This document shows positions 30,582 through 40,909 of a stretch of DNA of 64,000 nt, piece by piece. Positions within the stretch are counted from its first letter, which is position 1, and every line of letters begins with the position of its first letter. The stretch is from a virus, in IMG/VR virus record IMGVR_UViG_3300002056_000074, one strand, 5' to 3'. Below the pieces are notes generated by a model, which was given only the letters and a program-made list of their open reading frames with translations, had not been told where the DNA came from and made no database searches. The position numbers were made by a program, and so were the translations under genes.

Positions 30582-31297
30582 TGTGTAATATTAAAAATCT
30601 TCTTGAAATAGAAAATAAAATTAAGATAGTGAGTGATTATACGTCATCTAATAATCATCATGATATGTGCTGCATGATTTGTGCACATGAATGGCGGGCC
30701 ACTCCAAAATCAAAACGCCAGACATACAAAAAATGGGGGGTTGGTGGGTGCCCTGAATGTAATAAAAATTCAAAAGAACTTAAAATTGTCAATAAGTTAA
30801 TTAAACGGTTGAAACAAAGGAATATGGAATATATAGGAACTGTTAATTTTATAAAATCTGGAAATGAAAAAAAGCGATTGGTAAAAGTTAAAAATTTGTC
30901 ATGTGGACATATTTTTGATACGAGATCAGATAATTTACTTAAACATAATATCAATTGTCCAATTTGTAACACTAAAAATAAGCGTAATAATTTTATTACG
31001 TGGCAGGAAGAACGAAGTGAGGAATATAAGAAAACAGCCAATGAATGGGATTTATATAGGCATGAGGTCTATGCCAAAACTCGGCAAACATATAACCAAT
31101 TTAAACATATAATAAATCCAGATAATCTTCCTAGAGGTTTGGCAGGAACAGAGGGAGCATATCAACTAGATCATATAAAATCTATTCGATTCTGTTTTGA
31201 TAATAATATTTCAATTTCAGAATGTTCTTCATTGGATAATCTGCAAATGCTAACATGGGAAGAAAATCTATCTAACGGTAAAAAAGTTAAGAAATAA
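30581..31297 (+). CDS. Zn-ribbon + HNH-type endonuclease
   Basis: CxxC pairs; YQLDHIKS...NLQMLTWEEN C-terminal HNH-like motif. Confidence 0.75.
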   Translation: MCNIKNLLEIENKIKIVSDYTSSNNHHDMCCMICAHEWRATPKSKRQTYKKWGVGGCPECNKNSKELKIVNKLIKRLKQRNMEYIGTVNFIKSGNEKKRLVKVKNLSCGHIFDTRSDNLLKHNINCPICNTKNKRNNFITWQEERSEEYKKTANEWDLYRHEVYAKTRQTYNQFKHIINPDNLPRGLAGTEGAYQLDHIKSIRFCFDNNISISECSSLDNLQMLTWEENLSNGKKVKK

Positions 31298-31326
31298 AAA
31301 AAGCCACCCCGAAGGATGGCTTTTTT
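31296..31326. terminator. Bidirectional terminator between HNH and major capsid genes
   Basis: A7-gccacccc-gaag-gatggc-T6; cUUCGg tetraloop on -. Confidence 0.85.
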
Positions 31327-31350
31327 CTTACCATTACTTATATAATACTA

Positions 31351-32805
31351 TTACGCAAAATCAAGTGCAGTTACATTCACCTTACCATAATAATCGGCAG
31401 AGTTACCTAGTGAGGTTGCAGTACTAGTAAACACAGCCTTCGCATATCGTGTCATTACACTCATTACAGGCTGATGAGTCACAGAGTTGTAGACAGTACC
31501 ACTTGACATCAATGGGATGTATGGGCAGTAGAAGTATCCAGCATCAGTCTCATTGTTTCCACCCTTATAACCGACAAGGATAGAATCGTTACCAGTTCCA
31601 TCAACACCGTTATTTTGGATACCAGTTGCAGAAACTTGATTCCAAAGATAGCTGTAGACTTTAATCGTACCGTTAAGTGTACCAACTAACTGAGTATTGT
31701 TTGGTCCTTTAAAAGCACCAGCAACAGCAGGAGCAAATACTGACTTAGCAGCAGATTGTAATACAGATACAATCATTGGTGAGACAACGATAAAGTTAGC
31801 AGCACCACGTCGAGTCTTACGAGCGATTTCATTAGCAACGAAGTTGATGATAACACCAAGGTTAGCATAACGATCACCAACAAAGGCTGGGCGATAGTTA
31901 CCAGTACCTGCTGAACCACCATAAGTACTAGTTCCTGCACCATCATAAGTAGCAACAGTTCCAGCAAGACTTAGAAGATCACTGATGATCTCTTGGTCAA
32001 TTTCCTGAACGATATCAGCAGATAGAGCCTTAGTCATTTCATCTTCGATGTCAAGACCGTGCTGAGAGTTAGCATCCTGCATAGCCTCTAATGTCCAACC
32101 AGCCTGTAGCTTACGGGTCTGAGCTTCTACAACCTGTGATAGAACACGAAGACTTGCTTTACGACCACCAGTTCCCTCTAGAAAAGAACCAGAACCACCG
32201 CGCATGTTACCGAAGTGACCTGCGTGACCGGGGATTAGGGTTTCTGGGGTGTAATCATATCCAAAAGCATTTGGTGTAGTACCAGCATTAAATTCAGAGC
32301 CAGCAGCAGCAGCATCAGTTGGTTGAATTGCAGATCCATCCGTGCCAGCCTGACCTTCAGATCCCAGACCAAATGAACCAGCGGGAGCATCAACACGACC
32401 ACCAGCATTAGAATAAAATGCACGTACTGGTGAGATGTTACCAAACATTTCATCACCAGCAGCAATATCATCATCTAGACCGAATGCATTACCACCGGGA
32501 TTAGTTACAGCTTCTTCGTATTGGTGACGAAGAGTAAAAACCTGTGCGGCTGGACCAGACATAGCCTGAACACCAACAAGCTCAGTAGCAATGGTTCCGG
32601 GAATAACACGACGGATCATTGGGATTAGAGTTTTGCGTAGGTTTGCGATATTGTGTGCTTCAGTAGAACCGTCAGAAGCACTCTCTCCGATGAGATATTG
32701 CTTTTGGTTTTCCATTAGCGTGTTTACAATCTTAGTATTTGATTGTGATAGACCGTCCAAAAGCGCACCTTTGGCTTGGTCCCAATTTTCAAGTAGTTCT
32801 TTCAT
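31351..32805 (-). CDS. gp23: Major capsid protein (gp23-like)
   Basis: IRRV.P..IA.ELVGVQ.M.GP, A.TRKL.A.WTLE..QD, EIDQEII, GYKG..E.DAG.FYCPYIPL, MTRY. Confidence 0.97.
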   Translation of the reverse strand: MKELLENWDQAKGALLDGLSQSNTKIVNTLMENQKQYLIGESASDGSTEAHNIANLRKTLIPMIRRVIPGTIATELVGVQAMSGPAAQVFTLRHQYEEAVTNPGGNAFGLDDDIAAGDEMFGNISPVRAFYSNAGGRVDAPAGSFGLGSEGQAGTDGSAIQPTDAAAAGSEFNAGTTPNAFGYDYTPETLIPGHAGHFGNMRGGSGSFLEGTGGRKASLRVLSQVVEAQTRKLQAGWTLEAMQDANSQHGLDIEDEMTKALSADIVQEIDQEIISDLLSLAGTVATYDGAGTSTYGGSAGTGNYRPAFVGDRYANLGVIINFVANEIARKTRRGAANFIVVSPMIVSVLQSAAKSVFAPAVAGAFKGPNNTQLVGTLNGTIKVYSYLWNQVSATGIQNNGVDGTGNDSILVGYKGGNNETDAGYFYCPYIPLMSSGTVYNSVTHQPVMSVMTRYAKAVFTSTATSLGNSADYYGKVNVTALDFA

Positions 32806-32853
32806 TAGAATTTCTCCAAGTTAAGTTAAGTTTAAAAAGTTAAAGTAGATCGC

Positions 32854-33819
32854 TTACTGCATTCCAGCTTGACGTAGCATCTTCTGTAGCTCTGCGTCAA
32901 ACGCTTCAGTTAGTTCACCATCTGTTTGATCATCAATAACATCCGATGGACGGTCGCCATTGATAAGATTCACACTTTCCAGTGTGATAGTTTCGTTAAC
33001 TTCTTCAGCGCCTTCGGAAAGTACCGTGTCATCTTCCTTCTCCGATGTGTCGTCATTAGCATCACGAATTACTCTTGGTAGGAACTTTTTATAGCCCTCA
33101 ACCAATCGTCCTGTTGGTACATTTTCTAGTACCGCTTCCATTACTTCTCGCTGTTGACCCTCTAGTGGTGCGAGAACTTCATCAAGTTTTAGAATTCGCT
33201 CTAGTTCTGCATATCGAGTCTCAGCATCTTCAAGTGCTTCCTGACCTTCAGCAAGACGAGTTTCTAATTCAGCATAAGAAGCTTTGGCTTCGTCGCTATC
33301 ATGATATTCATTTTGATATTCATCTTTAACTGCTTCGAAAATCCTACGCCCAAGATCATTTTCACGAGCCTGTTTGATGTCTTCGCGTAGTTCATCCATC
33401 TCTTCAGTTAATTTAATTTCGAAAAACTTGTCCATCTTGTCAACAAGTACATTCATATCTTCTTGAAGTTCAACAGCCATTGCTGCTTTCGCTTCTACGA
33501 GTTTCTGTGCATAGGCTGCTTCTTGATCTTCATATGCTTCAATACTTTCGCGAAGCTCAGAAAATTCCTCAGAAGCCATATCATTGATTTTTGCATCTAG
33601 TGCTTCGACCAAACGCTCTTTATCTTTAATGAAGGATTCTGTTAGTTCTGCTCGAACATCAGCTTCAGCAGCCTCACGAGCTTCTTCAGCTGCAGATGCT
33701 AATTCGCTGTTGAATGTTTCTGCAAGCGTATCACGAGTTTCTTGGGTTAATACTTCTGCTTCAAAAAGGCTTTGAAGCAACTCATTCATTGCTTCATTCA
33801 TTGTGTTATTGACTTCCAT
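32854..33819 (-). CDS. gp22: Prohead scaffolding protein (gp22-like)
   Basis: Acidic coiled-coil protein directly upstream of the capsid gene. Start probably 33819 or 33801, because TAAATA lies at 33861-33866. Confidence 0.85.
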   Translation of the reverse strand: MEVNNTMNEAMNELLQSLFEAEVLTQETRDTLAETFNSELASAAEEAREAAEADVRAELTESFIKDKERLVEALDAKINDMASEEFSELRESIEAYEDQEAAYAQKLVEAKAAMAVELQEDMNVLVDKMDKFFEIKLTEEMDELREDIKQARENDLGRRIFEAVKDEYQNEYHDSDEAKASYAELETRLAEGQEALEDAETRYAELERILKLDEVLAPLEGQQREVMEAVLENVPTGRLVEGYKKFLPRVIRDANDDTSEKEDDTVLSEGAEEVNETITLESVNLINGDRPSDVIDDQTDGELTEAFDAELQKMLRQAGMQ

Positions 33820-33958
33820 TATAGTAGGCTCCGGAAAATAATGTGTTTTTTGGTTATAATTATTTAACACTTTTTAATTTTTTTATTAAAAAAATTATTT
33901 TTTATAACGGAAACCTTTATAAATCAACAACTTACAAAAATAAAAAATTTGACTTTTT

Positions 33959-34294
33959 TTATATTTTTTCTTTTTTTCTTAACCAATACAAGGTGTTAGA
34001 GCATTTTTTTGAACAACATTCGTTATGTTTGTTCTTAATTCGATGCCAATTAACACGTTCGTTACATTCAGGCATTGCACATTCAGGAGACAGGTGTGTT
34101 TTATGATATAGATGCCAAAAACGTTGCTTAACAAATGCACCCGGAGATAAAAAATCAGTTCTTACAAGCAATTCTAAGTAATATTGGTAATGTGCATTAT
34201 TGAATCCATTGATGCTAAAATTATTTTCAATAACATCAATGGCTAGCGTATCTAAAACAGTTTCTGGGTGTGAATGATCATATTCACCTTCCAT
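33959..34294 (-). CDS. Small Cys-motif protein (CxxxxC...CCSxxC)
   Basis: 111-aa ORF starting 5 nt after the protease stop. Confidence 0.5.
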   Translation of the reverse strand: MEGEYDHSHPETVLDTLAIDVIENNFSINGFNNAHYQYYLELLVRTDFLSPGAFVKQRFWHLYHKTHLSPECAMPECNERVNWHRIKNKHNECCSKKCSNTLYWLRKKEKI

Positions 34295-34299
34295 AAAAG

Positions 34300-34923
34300 T
34301 TACCGATTAAAGGATTGTTTAATCCATCGCTCAAATTCTTTAGCAAAATATTTCTGAGCATTTGGATCTTTTTGCATAGCCTCAGATAATGTCTCAACTT
34401 TGCGACCAAGGTTATTATCAAGAGATTCGTAAATCGAGTGTGGTGTTGCTCCCTGAGCTGATGGTTGTGCCACGATATCGATAGTAACAACATTAAATGA
34501 TGCAACCACACCTTCATTGACACTACCTGTTCCACGACTGGATACACCAAGTTGTACACCTGACTTAATGAGTGATCGGGCAATGTTTCCCATTGGAGTG
34601 TCTAAGATAATTGCTCTACCAATTGCATTATTCCCTTCCATTCGCATTTCCTTAATGACATGTGAAACACGATCTAAATTAAGAGAAATTGTAGATGGAT
34701 GATCTAACTCACCCATGACACCATTAGTTTCAGAAATTTGTTTGTTTAAAGAATCAACAGCGGCTGATACTTCATGAATAGGATATACTCGCTTATTCCT
34801 ATTTTGAACTTCAGCTTGCATAAACACACCATTTAACCACAACTCTTTACCATCACTGGATGATTCAGTAATGATATTGGCTACGGATGGTTGTAATTCT
34901 TCAAAAAGTATTTCTTTTGACAT
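34300..34923 (-). CDS. gp21: Prohead protease (gp21-like)
   Basis: G.FMQAE..NRN.RVYP, GELDHP, RVSH, LDTPMG, GVSSRG.GS, DIV..PSA. Confidence 0.96.
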   Translation of the reverse strand: MSKEILFEELQPSVANIITESSSDGKELWLNGVFMQAEVQNRNKRVYPIHEVSAAVDSLNKQISETNGVMGELDHPSTISLNLDRVSHVIKEMRMEGNNAIGRAIILDTPMGNIARSLIKSGVQLGVSSRGTGSVNEGVVASFNVVTIDIVAQPSAQGATPHSIYESLDNNLGRKVETLSEAMQKDPNAQKYFAKEFERWIKQSFNR

Positions 34924-35002
34924 GATGATTTACCTATTGTAATAGGTTTTATTTATCACAATTAGGAATATTCAATAAGATTATTTGTTTCCAAAATAAG
35001 AA

Positions 35003-35020
35003 GGGAGCAAAAATGCTCCC
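35003..35020 (-). terminator. Stem-loop after the gp67-like gene
   Basis: gggagca-aaaa-tgctccc. Confidence 0.5.
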
Positions 35021-35070
35021 CACTTTCACCACAACCAATGGTGCAAACTCATATTTAAGTGTTATATAAC

Positions 35071-35319
35071 TTATGAATTATCAGTGTCTAAATCTGGATC
35101 ATCTAAATCCGAATCTGGATCTAAATCTGGATCTGAATCTGAATCTAAATCATCTACATCAAGATCATCAGTATTAGTCTCAATACCCATCATATCCCTA
35201 ACCCTAGAGGTTAAGACTTTATGAAAATCCATCTCAATTTGCTCTTCATTTCCATCTACAAAAGAATCAATCATAGATCGAATATTTTCCTTACGTTCAG
35301 TTTCCGTATCATTTGGCAT
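35071..35319 (-). CDS. Small acidic prohead core protein (gp67-like)
   Basis: 82 aa, Asp-rich DPDL repeats, located between portal and protease; TATAAATA at 35360-35367. Confidence 0.6.
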   Translation of the reverse strand: MPNDTETERKENIRSMIDSFVDGNEEQIEMDFHKVLTSRVRDMMGIETNTDDLDVDDLDSDSDPDLDPDSDLDDPDLDTDNS

Positions 35320-35389
35320 ATTATTGGCTCTCCAATCATTTTATACAATAAGTTATTACTATTTATAGTAAAAATAATAGAGCGAATGT

Positions 35390-37036
35390 TTAAGTGGTGT
35401 CACCCTCAGCAGCATCAGCCGTAGTATCTGTATCGGTATCAGCATCTGCAGTAGTATCATCGGTAGCTGCTAAATCTGGGGTATCACTAGTTGTATCAAA
35501 TGATGATCCTCCCATTCCCCCATCTAAACCATCCATACTTTCCTCATCACCATAAATTTTAGCTAGGATAGCTGGAGAATTGTCATCCATTGGAAGTCCC
35601 CTTTCCTCTCTGAGCATTCGCTCATTCATAACAATGTCCTCATCACTCAACTGTAGATAGCGAGATAATGAAAACCGTTTTGACAAATATCCAATACTAT
35701 CTGCTGTTCCATATGTACCCAGTAACTGACCATCCATTTCTTGCTGTCTATACATACCAAAATTTGAAGGTGCAGGAAGTCGCAATCGATATAACATAGG
35801 ATCAATATTAATTTTGGCCATGCGTAAGAATTTTTTAAACTCTTGATCTAAGACGTTTTCAATATTTTTCTGAAGTCTTCCGATAAATTGAGCAAAACGA
35901 AGTTCTTCTATGTAAGCAACACCGATCTTTCCATCCGAAAATGATGTCCCACCACTTTCCTGTCCCATCATATAAGAGCGTGGGATATTTAATCCTTCCC
36001 ATACCTTATCTCTAAAATATTCCAAATCATTAGTTTCACCAGTGGCAGCGCCACCGGGCAATGTTTCTATCCTAGAGCCCCTTCCATCTGGTTTGATTGC
36101 TAAGAAGAAATCTTCATTCATACTCTGTGGGTTATAAACACTATCTACTTTCTGTTGACCACCACCAAACGAAGGAATTTTTTTCTGTTTAATTTCATTC
36201 TTGTATTGTTCCAAATGAGCCTTTGCTCGCATTGGTGGTAATTTTCCAGTATCAATATAGAATACGCGGCGTTCTGGTGCCCTTTGTACTCGATAAATGA
36301 TAATGGCATCTTCTAATAACTCTTTTTGTTTGTGTGCTTTATAAACGGACTGAAGGACAGATTCCCCAAATGGAGCCGCATCAGACATTTCATCATTTAA
36401 TGTAAATTGCACAATTTCACTAGCTGGAACCAACTCTGTTGTAAATTCTGTACCACCAACAGGTTTTAGAAGGGAGCTAGATGCACCCACCTTTTTGATA
36501 TTAGTTCTAACCTGCCAAAATAAAATTCTAGTTGCATCAGTCTGATCAACTACAGCACTAACCACATTTTTGGGGTTAAGGTATTCCATCTTTCGATCAA
36601 ATTTCTTTGGATCTTTGCGAAAGAATACATCACCATATTTGATAGTATTACGACATACGGCAAACAACTTTGATTCCCAATCATGGATCATATTCCATCG
36701 TGATAATGCAGCCTTTAATGTAATAACTTCTGTACTATCATATTTTGTTTTATCGGTTGTCAATAACTCAATATTAATAGGCTCATGGTTCTTTGGATCG
36801 TTTCCGGTCATTTCTTCCGCAATAGTATTTAATGCTCTAGAAACTTCAACATCCTGATCCATTGAAGTAAATTGTAAATATTGTTGTTGTCTTGCGGGAG
36901 CACCCTTGACAATGTTTTGATACCAAGAACTATTCGAATACAAGGCGGATGACGTAAATTCCTGATTAGAATCTACTTCAGCTGCAGCTGGTTGTGGTTG
37001 AATGATTTTATAATAAGTCTTGAAACCTGCCATCAT
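35390..37036 (-). CDS. gp20: Portal protein (gp20-like)
   Basis: LLEDAIIIYRVQRAPERRVFYID.G.LP, SMNEDFF, GS.IETLPGG, IEELRF. Confidence 0.96.
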   Translation of the reverse strand: MMAGFKTYYKIIQPQPAAAEVDSNQEFTSSALYSNSSWYQNIVKGAPARQQQYLQFTSMDQDVEVSRALNTIAEEMTGNDPKNHEPINIELLTTDKTKYDSTEVITLKAALSRWNMIHDWESKLFAVCRNTIKYGDVFFRKDPKKFDRKMEYLNPKNVVSAVVDQTDATRILFWQVRTNIKKVGASSSLLKPVGGTEFTTELVPASEIVQFTLNDEMSDAAPFGESVLQSVYKAHKQKELLEDAIIIYRVQRAPERRVFYIDTGKLPPMRAKAHLEQYKNEIKQKKIPSFGGGQQKVDSVYNPQSMNEDFFLAIKPDGRGSRIETLPGGAATGETNDLEYFRDKVWEGLNIPRSYMMGQESGGTSFSDGKIGVAYIEELRFAQFIGRLQKNIENVLDQEFKKFLRMAKINIDPMLYRLRLPAPSNFGMYRQQEMDGQLLGTYGTADSIGYLSKRFSLSRYLQLSDEDIVMNERMLREERGLPMDDNSPAILAKIYGDEESMDGLDGGMGGSSFDTTSDTPDLAATDDTTADADTDTDTTADAAEGDTT

Positions 37037-37103
37037 GCCTTCTCGATTGATGCTATTATGCTAAGACTATTTATCATGATTCCCGCGTTTAGTTTTGATA
37101 ACA

Positions 37104-39653
37104 TTAAAATCTATTGATTACACCACTGGAACTAACAGCACTCACAACATCCTCTTGTTTCTCAATTTGTAACTCATTTTGCTCAACAATTAATTCATTG
37201 TGATTTATAGCGGCCTGATTTCCTGTCACGATTGCTTGTTTTAAACTTTCAAGAACAGCTATTTGATCTTTAGATGCTTGTAACTGAGCCTGCAATGTTT
37301 TAATTTCAGTATTTCGTATTTTAACATCACCTCTACCCATTGGACCCCTACTCATTCGTTCATCCAGTGCCTTGGTTATTTGTGCAGTTTTTGCAGTGGC
37401 AGTATCAAGTGATGCTACAATAGTACTGAGATCTCTTTCTGGTAGTGCAGATATTATATTTTCTCTAATTTCGGTTCCATTGCGAACCGGCCCGGTTGTA
37501 TCCCCTCCAAAAACTCCACTAGCTGAATACTTAAGTGCATCTATACCTTGACTAATTCCACTAGTAAAATTACCGACTACTTCAGCAGCTTTTGGGAATT
37601 TTTCTGAAAATTTGTCTTTAATCGATTTCCCCCAATCACCAATCATTCCAACAAACGATGGGCCAATTTTACCAAATTCCTGTGTTACATCATGAAATCC
37701 TGTTGCAGCATTATTCATAGCAGTATGCATTTTTTCGGTATCACCCGTTAATGCGAAAAATCCAGCCTTTGCCGTTTCAATAGTGCCAGATATCGTACCT
37801 CCGATTACATTGGATACATTTTTCTTCCATTGATCTGGTGCAAGATGGTCAAATGCCTTATTTGCCAAAGTTCCTAACCCATAACTAATAGCACCTACAG
37901 TAGCTGCCATACCTAATGTAGTGGCACCTCCTAGCGCTGCTGCTGATTTCCCCGCTACTGCTGCCTTCCCACCTAATGCAACTATTCCACCAGTAGCCGA
38001 TTTAAGTACTGGACCTAATTTACTTAATGCATTTTTCAATTTACCAAATATTCCACCCTTCCTTGATTTGGAATTATCTTGATTGGAACCATTAATGTCT
38101 ACACCACCACCTATATTATTAATAGCTTTTAAGAACTTTCCTGCTAAGAAGAATGTGGCCATTGCTTTTAAGGGTTCATATAATTTACCCAAAACATCAG
38201 TAAGGCTCCCAAGTGCACCTAATATATGATCTATAATTCCGCCCGGAGGTGGTGCCTCTCCTTCGTTGCCAGATGCTAATTCTTGTTGACCGCCGACAGA
38301 TTGTGCTCCCAATACTTTGGTATATTCATTTAAGTGATCTTGAACCATTTCAAGGCCAATACTTCCTTGTCCATTTGCAGCAGCAGCAGCATTTAACTCT
38401 TCTGCTAAAGCGGCAAATCTAGTGTTATCTTCAGCAGTAGCACGACTTCCCAATCGCATAATATCTGCCATCTCTTTAGCTTGTGCACTCATTCCCATAG
38501 CACCACCCACTGCTTCTAGTTTGGCGGCTTCCGTCAATCGATTTTTAGCAGTATCACCTTGCATAGATGCCATAGCTTCTATAGCATTTTGTGCAGCTTC
38601 ATATGTCATACCTTGTTGAATCAACTCCTGTCTACGATTTGCAGCATCTAATACATAACCAGCTCGCTTAGATTTATCCATCTTGAATAATGTATTCTGA
38701 ATACCTTCATTGGATAACATTTGTTTATTGAGTGCCATAAATTGCTCAGCTGATGCGCCTGTAGATCTAGTAAATCTTTCAGACGCCTTCGCCATTTCAT
38801 TAGAATATGTTTTGATACCACCAACATAATCACCACCAGATCTTCTAAGAAGAACGAGTGAATCGGCATACAACTTGGAACCATCCGCAAGACTACCAGT
38901 GAAGTGGCGTGTTGCCCATGCACTTTTTATCATGGACAGTGAAAAATCAGTACTGCTCATGCCTGCTGCTCGCATTGATTGTCGTGCTTCCGCTTGTGTT
39001 TCAATCAATTCTGCTGTTGACATACCCAATGCTTTTGAAAATGCCATCTGCAATAAGTTTGCATCTGCACCCGTTTTAGTTGTTGCATTAATAGTTGAAA
39101 TTAGATCTTTCCCAACAATAGCCAACGCAGAATATATTTTTATATGTCGTTCATAATGTTCAGAGGTACGCTCTACAATATCATTATATTCAAAAAGAGA
39201 TCCAACCGCTTCATCAACGGCAGAGCGCAATTCTTTAAAATTAGTACTCAAAGTGACCGATTCAAATCCTAGTTGCTTGACTTGAGCATTTAAATCTATC
39301 AATTCTTGGCGATGTGCAATTGTTCGTTTAGACGTATCCTTTTGTAATTCATCACGTATTTTAAAATATCTATTTTGCAATTCTTGGAATTTTTTCAAAT
39401 TTTTCCTTGATGCTTTAGCTGCAAATTCTTCTGCATCACTGGCGGTTTTTACATTTTTGATCAATTCATTTACAAGATCACCAGATTTGCCAATAGATTT
39501 TTTCGTTTTTTCTACATCAGGATCATTTTTAGAGGATTTCGCACCACTCCCGCGTGCAGTATTATTATCATCACCCCTAAATGTTGATGATAATTTATCT
39601 ACTGCGCGTGACAATTTTCGCAATTCTGTTAATAATTCAGCACTATTATCCAT
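37104..39653 (-). CDS. Tape-measure-like protein
   Basis: 849-aa Ala/Gly-rich helical protein with hydrophobic segments, divergent from the gp26/gp51-like pair; late promoter core. Confidence 0.6.
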   Translation of the reverse strand: MDNSAELLTELRKLSRAVDKLSSTFRGDDNNTARGSGAKSSKNDPDVEKTKKSIGKSGDLVNELIKNVKTASDAEEFAAKASRKNLKKFQELQNRYFKIRDELQKDTSKRTIAHRQELIDLNAQVKQLGFESVTLSTNFKELRSAVDEAVGSLFEYNDIVERTSEHYERHIKIYSALAIVGKDLISTINATTKTGADANLLQMAFSKALGMSTAELIETQAEARQSMRAAGMSSTDFSLSMIKSAWATRHFTGSLADGSKLYADSLVLLRRSGGDYVGGIKTYSNEMAKASERFTRSTGASAEQFMALNKQMLSNEGIQNTLFKMDKSKRAGYVLDAANRRQELIQQGMTYEAAQNAIEAMASMQGDTAKNRLTEAAKLEAVGGAMGMSAQAKEMADIMRLGSRATAEDNTRFAALAEELNAAAAANGQGSIGLEMVQDHLNEYTKVLGAQSVGGQQELASGNEGEAPPPGGIIDHILGALGSLTDVLGKLYEPLKAMATFFLAGKFLKAINNIGGGVDINGSNQDNSKSRKGGIFGKLKNALSKLGPVLKSATGGIVALGGKAAVAGKSAAALGGATTLGMAATVGAISYGLGTLANKAFDHLAPDQWKKNVSNVIGGTISGTIETAKAGFFALTGDTEKMHTAMNNAATGFHDVTQEFGKIGPSFVGMIGDWGKSIKDKFSEKFPKAAEVVGNFTSGISQGIDALKYSASGVFGGDTTGPVRNGTEIRENIISALPERDLSTIVASLDTATAKTAQITKALDERMSRGPMGRGDVKIRNTEIKTLQAQLQASKDQIAVLESLKQAIVTGNQAAINHNELIVEQNELQIEKQEDVVSAVSSSGVINRF

Positions 39654-39713
39654 TAAAACTCACTTTTTTATTAATACTAAATAAATTTCATAACTATTTA
39701 GGATTTTTACAAA

Positions 39714-40685
39714 ATGACAGAATCTACTACTGAAGATAAGATGGATCAAAATCAACCACCAACACAAAATAATCAAAATTCAATCGAGAATTTAGCTGAA
39801 TTAAATTCAGAGATTAAAACTCCTATGGCACCAGAAAATGCTGTTACCATAAATCCACTATTGGAGCGAGTTAAAATGCCGGGAGAGACTCATCGGCTAC
39901 CATCAAGAGGATTATTTTATACTAATGGTGAATTAAGTAGTGATGTAATTGATGGAGAAATTCATATCCATCCTATGGTTGCACAAGATGAAATTACATT
40001 ATCATCTGCAGATAAACTATATTCTGGTGTTGCGATAGTAAATGTAATTTCTAGGTGCATACCTCAAATACTAAAACCCGAATTATTACTATCCCAAGAT
40101 GTAGATTTTATTCTTTTATGTCTAAGAAAGATATCTTATGGGGCTATTTTAAGCTTTACCAAACAACATATTGGTTGTCCTACCATTAAAAAGATAAATG
40201 ATGAACGTGAAGAGGATATGGATGAAGTTCTAACTCCGACACATACATATGATGTTAATGTTTCTAATCTCATTGCAGCGACTAAGGAGATTGATCCTAC
40301 GACATTAAATGTAAAATTTCGCTACGAATTGGATAACGGGCAGATTGTTAAAATGAATCCATTAGTATTTCGGGATCAAGTTAAAATGATGCAATATACA
40401 ACGACGGATGAAGAAAATTTTTCCGATATGACAGATGAAGAAAAGGCTAATAGTTTAATGCAACAATTAGTATTCTTAATTGCATCCGTGGATGGTATCA
40501 CTGACAAAGATATGATCAAGGAGTGGTTAATCAATATTACACCTAAGATGGTGAGAGATTTAACTAATGTAATTACCGATTTATCAGAATGGGGAACAAA
40601 TACTCAAACTACTATTAAGTGTACGGATTGTGGAGGTGTTATGGAGGTGGAAATTCCCACCAACCCTTTAGTACTTTTTTCATGA
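39714..40685 (+). CDS. Baseplate hub assembly protein (gp26-like)
   Basis: LPS.G.FY, I.PM...DEI, D..F.L..LR..SYG, C-terminal CxxC. Confidence 0.8.
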   Translation: MTESTTEDKMDQNQPPTQNNQNSIENLAELNSEIKTPMAPENAVTINPLLERVKMPGETHRLPSRGLFYTNGELSSDVIDGEIHIHPMVAQDEITLSSADKLYSGVAIVNVISRCIPQILKPELLLSQDVDFILLCLRKISYGAILSFTKQHIGCPTIKKINDEREEDMDEVLTPTHTYDVNVSNLIAATKEIDPTTLNVKFRYELDNGQIVKMNPLVFRDQVKMMQYTTTDEENFSDMTDEEKANSLMQQLVFLIASVDGITDKDMIKEWLINITPKMVRDLTNVITDLSEWGTNTQTTIKCTDCGGVMEVEIPTNPLVLFS

Positions 40686-40909
40686 TCTTAAGATCCAAGG
40701 ATCATGATGCAATAAGAAAACATATAACAACATTGGGTGCAGAAGCTAGAAAAATTGTATACAACAATACCACCATCGCATATTATATGCGAGGTGGCAT
40801 TTCTTATAATTCTTGTTTCGATTTAACTCCGGGTGAAAGGGATGTAATTTTAGATTTCATAAAAAGGAGGTTAGATTCTCAGAAAGATTCAGCTTTCCCA
40901 GTATATTAA
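40682..40909 (+). CDS. Baseplate hub assembly/tail chaperone (gp51-like)
   Basis: ATGA overlap with gp26-like stop; YMRGGISY....LTP.ER..I. Confidence 0.65.
   Translation: MILRSKDHDAIRKHITTLGAEARKIVYNNTTIAYYMRGGISYNSCFDLTPGERDVILDFIKRRLDSQKDSAFPVY

Noticed and set aside
35085-35165. Short tandem repeats (atctaaatctgg-like)
   Set aside because: Explained by the encoded Asp-rich DPDL/DSD low-complexity tail.
7633-37036. Introns or inteins in terminase, capsid, portal or sheath
   Set aside because: ORFs are continuous and of expected size, with no intein terminal motifs noticed; the nucleases are free-standing.
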